This document shows positions 10,187 to 19,870 of a DNA stretch of 64,000 nt, piece after piece (position 1 is the first letter of the stretch; the number at the start of each line of letters is the position of its first letter). A model generated the notes under the pieces. That model did no database searches and was not told the DNA's origin. It was given only the letters and a program-made list of their open reading frames with translations. The translations under genes were made by a program, and so were the position numbers. This DNA is from Planctomycetota bacterium. GTDB lineage: Bacteria > Planctomycetota > UBA1135 > UBA2386. The stretch covers positions 10,896-74,895 of the forward strand of contig JAEUHP010000007.1 in NCBI GenBank assembly GCA_016795295.1, read 5' to 3'.

Positions 10187-11344
10187 ATGCGCCTCCCCAC
10201 CCTGTTCGCCTGCACTGCGCTGCTCGCAGCTCCCGCCTTCGCCCAGAAGGGCGGCTCCGACAAAATCATCAAGAAGAACGGCGAAGCCCGCCCTGGCGTC
10301 GAAGTGATCGAGCTGAAGACCACGGGCGTGAAGTTCCGGAAGGAGAACCCGAAGGACAAGAGCAAGCCGATCGAAGAGGAGTTGCCGGCGCACCAGCTAC
10401 TGGCCATCGAGTGGGGCGACCTCCCTGACGCCTACATCTCAGCCCGCAGCGCCTTCGACCGCGGCGATGCCGCAGGCGCCGCGCAGCTGTTCGGCGAAGC
10501 CGAGCGGCAGGCCACCCGCCCGCTGCTCAAGGTCGACGCAGCGTTCTTCCAGATCAAGGCCGCTGTCGGCGCTGCCGGCACCGACCAGAACGCGGCTGCA
10601 ACCGCAGCCGACAAGGCCGTGGCTTGGCTGACCGCCAACGCCAACCACTGGCGCACCCCCGAAGCCCTGCTGCTGGCGGGCCGCGCGCAGCGCCTCGCCG
10701 GCAAGTTCGCGGACGCAGCCACGACACTGAAGGATCTCGACAGCCGCGCCAGCAGCGAGCAGTTCGGCCCGGTGTGGAGTGCGCGCGCCAAGTTCGAAGC
10801 CGCCCAGGCACTGCTCGATTCCGGCAAACCGGCCGAAGCACGCATCGCCTTCCAGGCCGCCAGCAGCGCCGCCGACACTGCTCTGGCCGCGGCCGGGAGC
10901 AAGAGCCCCGACGCTCCGGAGCTCAACGGCATCAAGATCCAGGCCAAGGTCGGGGAAGGCGAGACCTACCTCGGCGAGAAACAATGGTCCAAGGCCGAGA
11001 CCTTCTTCAACGGGCTCGCGCGCGGCGACCAAGCCGAGCTGGTGGCGGCCGGGCGTGCGGGCGAAGGGGAGGCCATCTTCCTCGCCGCGGCCGAACAGAA
11101 GAACCTCGACGGGATCCGACGCGCCCAGGTGGTTTTGGCCACGGCCAGCGTGTTCGACGCCCTGGGTGGCGAAGCCGCGGCCAAAGCCAACTTCTACCTC
11201 GGCAAGTGCGTTCAGATGCTCGGCGCCGACCGCGAAGGCGACGGCTGGAAAGCCCGAGCGACGAATTACTTCCAGATCGTGGTCTCGAGCTACCCCACCT
11301 CGCGCTGGGCCGGCAACGCGCGCACCGAACTCGCGGCCAAGTGA
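10187..11344 (+). CDS. Exported TPR-repeat protein
   Basis: Signal peptide MRLPTLFACTALLAAPAFA-Q. TPR-like motifs (PEALLLAGRAQRLAGKFADA) and a C-terminal FQIVVSSYPTSRWA resembling YbgF/BamD-type TPR ends. Confidence 0.78.
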   Translation: MRLPTLFACTALLAAPAFAQKGGSDKIIKKNGEARPGVEVIELKTTGVKFRKENPKDKSKPIEEELPAHQLLAIEWGDLPDAYISARSAFDRGDAAGAAQLFGEAERQATRPLLKVDAAFFQIKAAVGAAGTDQNAAATAADKAVAWLTANANHWRTPEALLLAGRAQRLAGKFADAATTLKDLDSRASSEQFGPVWSARAKFEAAQALLDSGKPAEARIAFQAASSAADTALAAAGSKSPDAPELNGIKIQAKVGEGETYLGEKQWSKAETFFNGLARGDQAELVAAGRAGEGEAIFLAAAEQKNLDGIRRAQVVLATASVFDALGGEAAAKANFYLGKCVQMLGADREGDGWKARATNYFQIVVSSYPTSRWAGNARTELAAK

Positions 11345-11557
11345 CCGAGCCGGGGTGCTCGCGGCCCCACAACTGCAGAACCACCCTGATTGCGCCGCAA
11401 CTTTCTGCACCCGGTACTTTCCAGCCATCCAGCTCTTCTGCAAACTGCCGAACCCTACCCCCGCGCGCTCGCCGTGGCCCTCTGCGACGAGTGCGCACCC
11501 ATCTCCCCCTCTCCTCTCTTCACCCCAGACCCGAGTCGTCCCAGGAGTCCTAGCTCC

Positions 11558-12277
11558 ATGTTGTCCACGCAAGTGCCCTTCGTCCGCCTGATCGCCGTCG
11601 CCGCTCCCCTGCTGCTGGCTGGTTCCGCTCTCGCCCAGGAACCCACCGAACAGCGCAGCGCCATCGCCGACGTGTTCGCCTACGAAAATGCCGGCCTGGT
11701 CGGCTACTTGATCATCGTCCTGTCGATCGTCGCGCTGGCGCTGATCATCGAGAACATGATGTCGATCAAGCGCGAGAAGCTCGCGCCGCCGGACCTGATC
11801 GACGAGCTCGAAGCGCTGTTCGACGGCCAGCAGTTCCAGGACGCCGTGGAACTGTGCGAGCAGGACAAGAACTACCTGACCAACGTGGTGGGAGCTGGCC
11901 TGTCGAAGCTCGGCCACTCGTTCGAGACCATGCAGACCTCGCTGCGCGAGATGCAGACCGAGGAGTCGGTCAAGCTGTTCCAGAAGATCGGTTGGCTGTC
12001 GCTGATCTCGGCCATCGCGCCGATGATGGGCCTGTTCGGCACGGTGACGGGCATGTTCGTCACGTTCGGCAACATCGCGGCGTCGGGTGGCTCGCCCAAC
12101 CCGGCACAGCTGGCCGGCGGTATCAAGATGGCACTCATCACCACGATCTTCGGCCTGACGGTCGCGATCCCGGTCGGCGTCGCGTTCTACGCGCTGCGCA
12201 ACCGCGTCATCAAGACCTCGACCGAGATCAACGCGATCACCGAAGACCTGTTCGAGCGCTTCCGGGGCAAGAGCTGA
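11558..12277 (+). CDS. exbB: MotA/TolQ/ExbB proton channel family protein
   Basis: IAPMMGLFGTVTGM and GGIKMALITTIFGLTVAIP transmembrane motifs. Confidence 0.92.
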   Translation: MLSTQVPFVRLIAVAAPLLLAGSALAQEPTEQRSAIADVFAYENAGLVGYLIIVLSIVALALIIENMMSIKREKLAPPDLIDELEALFDGQQFQDAVELCEQDKNYLTNVVGAGLSKLGHSFETMQTSLREMQTEESVKLFQKIGWLSLISAIAPMMGLFGTVTGMFVTFGNIAASGGSPNPAQLAGGIKMALITTIFGLTVAIPVGVAFYALRNRVIKTSTEINAITEDLFERFRGKS

Positions 12278-12370
12278 GCTCGCGGGCCGGCACCGGCGCA
12301 GGCCGCTGGCCATCAGCCCGCGGCAGGCGCCAACCCTTCCCCTCCCACCCCCACACCCCGGAGCCAGACC

Positions 12371-12916
12371 ATGAATAACACCAAGCTGGTCCAGCAGAAC
12401 GTCGACATGGACATGACGCCCATGATCGACTGTGTGTTCCTGCTGATGATCTTCTTCGTGCTGGTCATCGACTTGAGCCAGAAGAGCCTCGAAGACCTGA
12501 TCCTGCCGCGCGCAGTGTTCATCGAACCCGACGACAAGCCGCCGGACAGCCGCCCGATCATCAACGTGCTGCAGAACGGCAGTGTCGTCTACAACAAGGA
12601 GGTCTTCTACGACCCCTCGAAGCACGGCACCAACTACGCCCCGATCAAGGAGCTGCTGCTCACGATCCGCAAGAAGGGGCTGCTCGACAAAACGCTGCAC
12701 CTGAAGGCCGAGACCGTCGGCGGCGGTGCCACCGTCAACCTGATCGACGACCCGATCCTGTTGCGCGCCGACAAGTGGACCGAGTGGAACTACATCGGCG
12801 AGGTCATGAAGCAGTGCAGCCAGCCTGATGTGGCGTTCTGGAAGGTCGAGTTGGCCATGTCCGAGCAGGACAAGGAAACCAAAGAGAAGAACCCCCGACT
12901 CAAAGGTGGCCAGTGA
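12371..12916 (+). CDS. exbD: ExbD/TolR family protein (copy 1)
   Basis: MDMTPMIDCVFLLMIFF with the conserved TM Asp; C-terminal ILLRADK motif. Confidence 0.9.
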   Translation: MNNTKLVQQNVDMDMTPMIDCVFLLMIFFVLVIDLSQKSLEDLILPRAVFIEPDDKPPDSRPIINVLQNGSVVYNKEVFYDPSKHGTNYAPIKELLLTIRKKGLLDKTLHLKAETVGGGATVNLIDDPILLRADKWTEWNYIGEVMKQCSQPDVAFWKVELAMSEQDKETKEKNPRLKGGQ

Positions 12917-13476
12917 GCGCAATCGAAGACGCCCAGGAAGAGGTCAAGCCGGACATGACGCCGATGATCGACGTCGTGTTCCTGATGATCATTTTCTTCA
13001 TCTGCATCGACTTCAAGGTGCTGGAGTCCAAGCTCCCTGCCTACCTGCCGAAGGACAAAGGTAGCCAGAACACCAAGGTGGAACCGCAGGAACAGTTGTC
13101 GATCAAGATCTACGTCGACAACAAGGGAACGCCGACCTATCCGGACGGCGCCAACGCGAATTCGATCAATCCGAACACGAACCGCCCCTACCGCTTCGTG
13201 CTCAAGGACCACCGCATCCGTTGGGAGGTCGGTCCCAAGCCGATCGCCGACCTGAAGGCGGTCAAGGACGAGCTGACGAAGATCGCGCTGGATCCGGCCA
13301 GCCAAGTCAAGGACGAGACCGCACCCGGTGGCAAGAAGCTGATGAGCTGCGTGATCGAAGCCTACCCGGGCACGTTCTACGACGACGTGGCCAAGACGGC
13401 GGACGCGGCCAACGACGCGGGCTTCAAGGAAATCAACTTCGGCGGCGGGTTGGGCCCGGCGCCCGGCAAGAAGTAG
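12913..13476 (+). CDS. exbD: ExbD/TolR family protein (copy 2)
   Basis: PDMTPMIDVVFLMIIFF; ends AGFKEINF; 4-nt GTGA overlap with copy 1. Confidence 0.9.
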   Translation: MSAIEDAQEEVKPDMTPMIDVVFLMIIFFICIDFKVLESKLPAYLPKDKGSQNTKVEPQEQLSIKIYVDNKGTPTYPDGANANSINPNTNRPYRFVLKDHRIRWEVGPKPIADLKAVKDELTKIALDPASQVKDETAPGGKKLMSCVIEAYPGTFYDDVAKTADAANDAGFKEINFGGGLGPAPGKK

Positions 13477-14051
13477 CCCCTGCGAAAAGGCGCGGGCTCG
13501 AAGGCCCTCGACAACTCCCGCCCGGGACCTCCACAGAGGCCCGGGCGGAGTCGTTTGCGCAGGGGCGTTTTGCGTCCCGAACCAGGTGGGCCCCTCGCTG
13601 CGCCCCAGAAGCTCCGCCTGGCGTGCCGACGGCTCGACAAGCCGCCGATGCAGAGCATCTGCCCCCCCGAGTCAGGGCAGACTCAGCGCGGAGACGTGGC
13701 GCCACCCGAACGGCGAGACACCCCGACGCCCGCGCAACCGTGCTCGGTCCGCGCAAACCGCCCAGCGCAGCACGAGAATCCGACTTCACCGCGAAAATGG
13801 GCTGGCGCGTCCGGGTGGGCAAGGCTAGCTTCCGGCCTCCCCTGGCCGCTCTCCGCAACCCGGAACGGCCTTCCGTCCGCTCTCGGTCTGTCGACAAGTC
13901 CCTCTCGACCGCTGCCCGCGTGCATGGCGCCCTCCGTGCCCTGCAGAGTCCACTGCAGAATCGCGTGCTGCGTTCGCTTGTCGGTTGGCTGAGAGACGGA
14001 GGCTGCTTTCGCCGCCTCCGCGTGATCCCTGAATGCACCGAGCGTGACCCG

Positions 14052-16652
14052 ATGGCTCTCGAAAACTCGCGCCTTCTCGCTGCCTCACTGACCGCTGCGA
14101 TCCTCGGCACTTCCTGCTCCACTCCGAGCGATTCCTCCAACGCCAACCCCCAGGCGGACCGCACTGGTGCCAACGCGGCCGACGCGCCGTCTGCCGAGAA
14201 CGGCACGGGACAGCGTCAGGATCCCCAATCCGGTGAGCAGCGGCTCGGCGAAGAACGCCGTCAGGCGCTGGTGGCCGCGTACCTGGAGCGCGCGGAATCG
14301 ATGCGCGCCAATGGCCAGTTGCTCGCCGCCAAGAGCGAGTTGCTGAAGGCGCAGAATCTGGCACCGGCCAACGAACAAGTGTTCCGCCTGCTGTCGGCCG
14401 TGCAGGCCGAGCTGGGCGAACCGACCGGTCGCGTGACCACCTTCGCCGACGAGCAGCTGCGCCTGCAGAAGATCGGCGAAGAGCGTGCGCGCGCCGACGT
14501 TGCGACGCGCCTACAGCGGGCCGACGGACTGGTCGCCGAGAAGAACTACACCGGCGCCATCGAAGAGCTGCGGCTGGCAGCTCTGACGGTCGAACTGAAG
14601 GACCAGGTCGACTGGATGGGCAAGCGCGAAGAGGTCGCCGCCAAGAAGGCTGCCGCGGAGCAGCTGCTGGCCGACCAGCAACGCGCGGAGCAAGCCGCAG
14701 AGAACAAGCGCCTCGCCGAGCGCCTGCGGGAAGAGTACCAGGCCGCTGAGCGGCACCGCCGCGTGCAAGTGGACACCCTGCTGCTCGAGTCCCAGCACGC
14801 GTTCGTCAACCGTCGCTTCGCCTACGCGCAGGAGTGCGCCCGCCGGGCGCTCGAGATCGATCCGAACAGCACCGTGGCGGCGGAGATGATCAGCGCCTCG
14901 GTCAAGGCTTCGCGCGAGAGCTCCACCGACGCCTACTACCTCGAGCGCGCCAAGGCCATCCGCAACATGCTGGAGGCGGACGAGGACCTGAAGGTCCCGC
15001 AGACCGAAGTCCTCGAGCTGAACATGACGACCTGGAAGAAGGCCTTGGATCGCGCTGGCAAGAACCGGCGCACCGAGGAAGTCTCTCCGGCCGACCAGCA
15101 CCTGCTCGACAAGATCAAGACGGTGTCGGTGAGCAAGCTGACCTACACGGAGGAGAACGGCGCGTTCCTCGACGTGATCAACAACCTCAAGCTCAGCACC
15201 GGCGAGCAGATCCTCGTCACCCCGGAAGCCCGCAAGATCATCGAGGAAGAGAGCCTGAAGGTGCAGATCGAAGTCCGGGGGCAGATGACCCTCCACGACT
15301 TCTTGAACTTCCTGTGCCAAACCTCGACCAAGCTCGCCTGGACGGTTCGCAACGGTGTGATCCTGATCGGCGACAAGTCGCAGGCGTCCGGGACCTTGAG
15401 CACGGAGATCTATCCGGTCAAGGACTTGGTGATGAAGCACAAGCAGTTCTTGGCGCCGCGTATCCGTGACATCCCGGGCGAGTCGAACAACAACACGGAA
15501 GACTCCCCGCGCTTTGGCAGCGAAGCGGAAGACCCGATCGTGTTCGTCGAACTCGACGCCCTGAAGAAGCACGTCGAAGACGCCACGGACCCGAAGTACT
15601 GGGCCGATGCCGAAGCCAACGGCGGCTGCGTCATCACCACCGAAGAGAGCGGCTTCCTGGTCGTCAAGGCCAGCCCCGAGCTGCAGAAGCAGGTGCAGCA
15701 GATCCTCGCTGACATGCGCCGGTTCGCCACGCCGGTGGTCACCATCGACTCCAAGTTCTTGACCATCTCGCGCAACTACCTGCAGGAAGTCGGCATCGAC
15801 TTCCGCGGTTTGGGCGGTGCTGGCAACAAGGGCGATGCCGTGTCGCTGGACGACGTGACCAACGGCCTGCAGAACAACGCCTCGCGCGGCCTCGACAACA
15901 GCGGCACCGGGGACCCGGCTGCCAATCCCATGGCTGGCGCGTTCTTCAACGACGGCGGCGACGGTGACGTGCGCGCCCGCACCGAGAACTTCTTCACTTC
16001 CGACCTGAGCCGCGTGCTCTCGCCAACCGGCGGCTTCACGGGCGCCTGGACCCTGATCGGCGACACGCAGCTGAACATGATCCTGCGCGCGGTCGAGAAG
16101 CAGCAGGACGTGGAAGTGGTGAACAGCCAGATCCTCTCGGTCACCAACAACCAGCGCGGCCACGTGGCGGTCATCAACCAGACCACCTACATCCGCGACT
16201 TCGACGTGGAAGTGGCCCAGGCCGCCTTCATCGCCGACCCGAAGATCGACATCATTCAGGATGGCATCGTGCTGGAGGTCGAGCCGACCATCCAACACGA
16301 CCGCAAGTACATCATCCTGAACCTGAATCCGACGGTTTCGGAACTGACCCGGCCGATCCCGACGTTCACGACGTCCCTGGCCGGTTCGACGCTGCCGGTG
16401 ACGCTGCAGCTGCCGCGCCTCTTGGTGACGAACTTCACCACCACGGTGACGGTGCCGGACGGCGGATCGGTGCTGCTCGGTGGCCTGCGCCAAACGCTCA
16501 ACAAGGAGCGGCGCGCGGAGGTTCCGGTGCTGTCTCGCCTGCCGATCCTGTCGTTCTTCTTCAAGCAGGAAGGTTCGGCAGACGAGAACCGCAACCTGAT
16601 GGTCCTGGTGCGCGCCCAGATCACCGACGTGATCGAGAAGCTGGGCAAGTGA
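14052..16652 (+). CDS. Lipoprotein secretin (GspD/PulD-like) with TPR/coiled-coil N-terminus (secretin 2)
   Basis: Lipobox-like ILGTSC. VTIDSKFLTI, GIVLEVEPTI, TTVTVPDGGSVLLGG, VPVLSRLPILSFFF, NLMVLVRAQI. Clearly paralogous to 4266..6899. Confidence 0.85.
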   Translation: MALENSRLLAASLTAAILGTSCSTPSDSSNANPQADRTGANAADAPSAENGTGQRQDPQSGEQRLGEERRQALVAAYLERAESMRANGQLLAAKSELLKAQNLAPANEQVFRLLSAVQAELGEPTGRVTTFADEQLRLQKIGEERARADVATRLQRADGLVAEKNYTGAIEELRLAALTVELKDQVDWMGKREEVAAKKAAAEQLLADQQRAEQAAENKRLAERLREEYQAAERHRRVQVDTLLLESQHAFVNRRFAYAQECARRALEIDPNSTVAAEMISASVKASRESSTDAYYLERAKAIRNMLEADEDLKVPQTEVLELNMTTWKKALDRAGKNRRTEEVSPADQHLLDKIKTVSVSKLTYTEENGAFLDVINNLKLSTGEQILVTPEARKIIEEESLKVQIEVRGQMTLHDFLNFLCQTSTKLAWTVRNGVILIGDKSQASGTLSTEIYPVKDLVMKHKQFLAPRIRDIPGESNNNTEDSPRFGSEAEDPIVFVELDALKKHVEDATDPKYWADAEANGGCVITTEESGFLVVKASPELQKQVQQILADMRRFATPVVTIDSKFLTISRNYLQEVGIDFRGLGGAGNKGDAVSLDDVTNGLQNNASRGLDNSGTGDPAANPMAGAFFNDGGDGDVRARTENFFTSDLSRVLSPTGGFTGAWTLIGDTQLNMILRAVEKQQDVEVVNSQILSVTNNQRGHVAVINQTTYIRDFDVEVAQAAFIADPKIDIIQDGIVLEVEPTIQHDRKYIILNLNPTVSELTRPIPTFTTSLAGSTLPVTLQLPRLLVTNFTTTVTVPDGGSVLLGGLRQTLNKERRAEVPVLSRLPILSFFFKQEGSADENRNLMVLVRAQITDVIEKLGK

Positions 16653-16687
16653 GCTCGCTCTGAAGTGAGCGTGTTGCGGAAGTGAGC

Positions 16688-16724
16688 GCCGGCCGCTCCC
16701 TACGGGGGGCGGCCGGCTGCGTTT
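16688..16724 (+). terminator. GC-rich hairpin, putative terminator after secretin 2
   Basis: gccggccgctccc-tac-ggggggcggccggc followed by tgcgttt. Confidence 0.5.
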
Positions 16725-16945
16725 CCGCCCCTGCACGCACTGGCCCGACGCGGAAAGTGGCCGGTCCGAAGCGGCCCTTCTCCCGCCCCAAGCGGCCGGC
16801 TGGAATGGCTGCTGGCGGGCAAGCCACGGCGTGGTCGACCACCGTCTGACCGGCGCCTTGGCAAGCCACGCCGGCCAACCCCAGCGCAGGTTCGCCAGCC
16901 TGGGACTCGACGACGAGCCTTCGACCAAGGAGCATCTCGCCCGCG

Positions 16946-17668
16946 ATGACCAGGCCCCTGGACGCGATCTTCTTCGACATCGACGACACCTTGTTCTCGA
17001 CCACGGTGTTCGCGGACAAAGCGCGCCGCAGCGCCGTGGATGCGATGATCCGGGCCGGGCTGCGCGCCGAGCGCCACGAAGCGATGCGAGAACTCGACGA
17101 CGTGATCGCCGAGTTCTCGAGCAACTACAGCGGGCACTTCGACAAAGTCCTGGACCGGCTGGGGCCGGAATCGACCGAAGGCCACAACCGAGCCGTGATC
17201 GTCGCCGCCGGCGTGGTGGCCTACCACGCCACCAAGTGGCGCGAACTCAAGGTCTACGACGACGTCTACGAAGTGCTGAAGTGGCTGTCACACACCAACC
17301 TGGTGCGCGGCGTGATCTCGGCTGGCATCACCATCAAGCAGGCCGAGAAGCTGGTACGCCTCGAGGTGCTCGAGTTCCTGACTCCGTCGGCGATCTTCTT
17401 CACCGACCAGGTCGGCTTCAGCAAACCCAACCCCAAGCTCTACCGGCGCGTTCTGCACCGGCTCAAGCTGTCGGCAGACCGCTGCCTCTACGTCGGCGAC
17501 AACCCGACCCACGACATCGATCCCTGCAACCGCGAAGGCTGGGCCACCGCACGCATTCGCCGCAGCGGTCGTCATGCGCACGAAGAAGGCGCGACCACCC
17601 CCAGTTACGAAATCCGCGACTTCCTGGACCTGCGCCGCATTCTGCAGGACGAGTTCGGCGTGCGCTGA
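16946..17668 (+). CDS. HAD-superfamily hydrolase, subfamily IA (TIGR02253-like)
   Basis: Motif I FFDIDDTL, KPNPKLY, YVGDNPTHDI. Confidence 0.88.
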   Translation: MTRPLDAIFFDIDDTLFSTTVFADKARRSAVDAMIRAGLRAERHEAMRELDDVIAEFSSNYSGHFDKVLDRLGPESTEGHNRAVIVAAGVVAYHATKWRELKVYDDVYEVLKWLSHTNLVRGVISAGITIKQAEKLVRLEVLEFLTPSAIFFTDQVGFSKPNPKLYRRVLHRLKLSADRCLYVGDNPTHDIDPCNREGWATARIRRSGRHAHEEGATTPSYEIRDFLDLRRILQDEFGVR

Positions 17669-17728
17669 CCCGCGCCGGCGCGTCGACTCCAGCGCTCTGG
17701 CCCACCCGCCCCCGAGTCCCGGCGGACC

Positions 17729-19078
17729 TCAGCGGCGTTCGCCCACGGGCAGCCGTGCGAACGCGCCCTCCCGCTGCAAGCGCAGCACCACGGCCCGGTG
17801 GCGATCGGGGATCGCACCGCGCACAGGCCCAGCAGCGGCACGGCGAACGGCCGCAGCCGCGTAGACACCTTCGAGTTCCGCCACGTGTTGGTCGAGGTCC
17901 GGCGGCAGCGCCGGCAGCCGGGCCCGCAGCGTGCCCCACAGCCCCGGCTCGTCGACGAAGCGCCGCAGCGCCGCGGCGAGCGACTCTGCCGATCCGGGAT
18001 CGACCACCAGCCCGCCGCCAGCGGCCCTGGCGCCGAGCGCGCCGCGCGCGGACACGACACAGGGCAGGCCCAGCTCGAAGCACTCGTCGAGCACGATGCC
18101 GAAGGTCTCGAGGCAAGTGCTCGGGAACACCCCAACCGCCGGCTGCAGCCGGTGCAGCGCCTCGGTTTCGAACCGGCCGTGGAACACCACCGGCAGGCCC
18201 GCGGCGGCCGCGCGCAACTGGGCTTCGAAGGCCGTGGTGGCGAAACCACCGAGCACATGCAACTCGACCAACCGCCGCAGCGGTTGCTGGCACAGCCGGC
18301 GGAAGGCTTCGACCAACACCCGCACCCCCTTGTGCTCCGCCACGCCGCCCCAGAACGCGAACCGCAGCACCCCGTCCACCGCCGGCTCCGGCACCGGACC
18401 GCGCCCCGCAAAGCGCCGGCGGTAGCCCAACGGCAGCACCTGGAACGCCGCGCGCGGCACCCCCAGAGTGCTGGCAATCAGCTCCGCCGTGGCCGCAACC
18501 CCGACCAACAATGCGTCGGCCATCGTCAGTTCGGCCCGATTCTGCGCCGCGAACAGCTCGATGCCGGCGTCGAGCTCGGCGGCCGTTTCGTGGCCGTAGC
18601 GCGGCACACAGTCGCGGCAGGACGCGGGACCGAGGGGCCGCAGGCACACTTCGCCGTCTGGCCGCAGGCGGAAGGCCCGCGGGCAGGACGCATAGTAGTC
18701 GTGCAATGTGACCACGGCTGGGATGCCCTGGCGCTGCACGATCTCGACCAAGTTCGTGGTCAACCGCAACCACTGGTGCACGTGCACCACCTTGGGACGA
18801 TGCCGCAGCAGGAACGCCTCGAGCTGGGCCTCGACGCCGGGGTGCCACGCCTTGCTGTAGAGATCGAAGAACAGGTCGTCGCGGTGCAGGCGGTACACCG
18901 GCACCGGCCCGAGCGACAAGGTCTCGAGGCCGACTTCGGGCCACGGCTGGTGGCTGCCCGTCAGCACCGCGACGTCATGGCCCAGCGCGTGTTGCGCGCC
19001 GATCAGATCCTGCACGTAACTCTCGACCCCACCGCGCGTCTCGGGAGCCATCTGGTGGCACAGATGCAGCACGTCCAT
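17729..19078 (-). CDS. Glycosyltransferase family 4 (GT-B)
   Basis: GGVESYV..L...Q..LGHDVAV, VVTLHDYY..CPR, FPSTCLETFGIVLDE...GLPCVVS..GAL. Confidence 0.9.
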   Translation of the reverse strand: MDVLHLCHQMAPETRGGVESYVQDLIGAQHALGHDVAVLTGSHQPWPEVGLETLSLGPVPVYRLHRDDLFFDLYSKAWHPGVEAQLEAFLLRHRPKVVHVHQWLRLTTNLVEIVQRQGIPAVVTLHDYYASCPRAFRLRPDGEVCLRPLGPASCRDCVPRYGHETAAELDAGIELFAAQNRAELTMADALLVGVAATAELIASTLGVPRAAFQVLPLGYRRRFAGRGPVPEPAVDGVLRFAFWGGVAEHKGVRVLVEAFRRLCQQPLRRLVELHVLGGFATTAFEAQLRAAAAGLPVVFHGRFETEALHRLQPAVGVFPSTCLETFGIVLDECFELGLPCVVSARGALGARAAGGGLVVDPGSAESLAAALRRFVDEPGLWGTLRARLPALPPDLDQHVAELEGVYAAAAVRRAAAGPVRGAIPDRHRAVVLRLQREGAFARLPVGERR

Positions 19079-19081
19079 GGC

Positions 19082-19870
19082 CTAGCTCCGGTAGCGCTGC
19101 GCGCGCTGCTGGTCGAGTTCACCCCGGACCGCCAGGTACTGTTCGACGTGGACCACGTAGGCCTCCATCTCCGCCGTGAGCCGCAAAGCCAGGTCCTGCG
19201 CGTGCGCCCGCAACACTTCTTGCCACGACCGTGCGTCGCGCACCCACGAATGAGGATGGATCAAGGTGTGCAGGCGGGGGTGGTGGAACTTGGTGCACAC
19301 GCAGCCTTCGCGCCAGTGGAAGCCGCTGTCGCCGAAGTACGGAATGTCGCGCACCAGCGCTGGCTGGTAGGCACACGGGTGGTCGGGACTGATGTCGGCG
19401 AGCACCGGGCCGGCCGCCGGCTGGTGCTGCGCGATCGTATGGGTTCGGAAGCCCACCAACGCCTCGAACGTGCGCAAGTCCGCACGCGTGCCCGCCACCG
19501 GGTCCGTGCCGCGCTCGAGGAAGAAGCCGGGTTCGTAGTGCAGGCCCACTTCGTGCCCCAGCGCCGCCACCTGGCGCACCGAATCGAGCACCGCGCCGTC
19601 CATCAGGTTGTAGAACGGCGCATGCAGGCGGTAGTAGTAGGTCGTGTGCACGCCGAGTTCGTGCTCGAGCTGCGCCATGCGCAGCGCACTCCACGGCGTG
19701 ATGTCGACATCGTGCCGGATCAGCAGGAAGTCGCGCTCCGGCAGCCCTCGCGCCACGTCCCGCACCAGCGGCAGCCAGTAGCGCTGCTTCGCCACTTCGA
19801 GCAGATGCCGGTAGTGCGGCAAGCTGTAGGCACAGCGCGGCTCCGGTGGCAAGTCGGCTCCGTCGTTCAC
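19082..19870 (-). CDS. Polysaccharide deacetylase-like (NodB-fold, WbmS-like) protein
   Basis: LLIRHDVD, LEHELGVHTTYY, GHEVGLHYE, IAQHQP, LIHPHSW. GTG start overlaps the upstream stop. Confidence 0.7.
   Translation of the reverse strand: MNDGADLPPEPRCAYSLPHYRHLLEVAKQRYWLPLVRDVARGLPERDFLLIRHDVDITPWSALRMAQLEHELGVHTTYYYRLHAPFYNLMDGAVLDSVRQVAALGHEVGLHYEPGFFLERGTDPVAGTRADLRTFEALVGFRTHTIAQHQPAAGPVLADISPDHPCAYQPALVRDIPYFGDSGFHWREGCVCTKFHHPRLHTLIHPHSWVRDARSWQEVLRAHAQDLALRLTAEMEAYVVHVEQYLAVRGELDQQRAQRYRS

Noticed and set aside
13740-13845. Possible c-di-GMP-I riboswitch (GCAAAC...GAAA...CCGGCCT fragments)
   Set aside because: Spacing and stems do not fit the consensus by eye; an Rfam scan would be needed.
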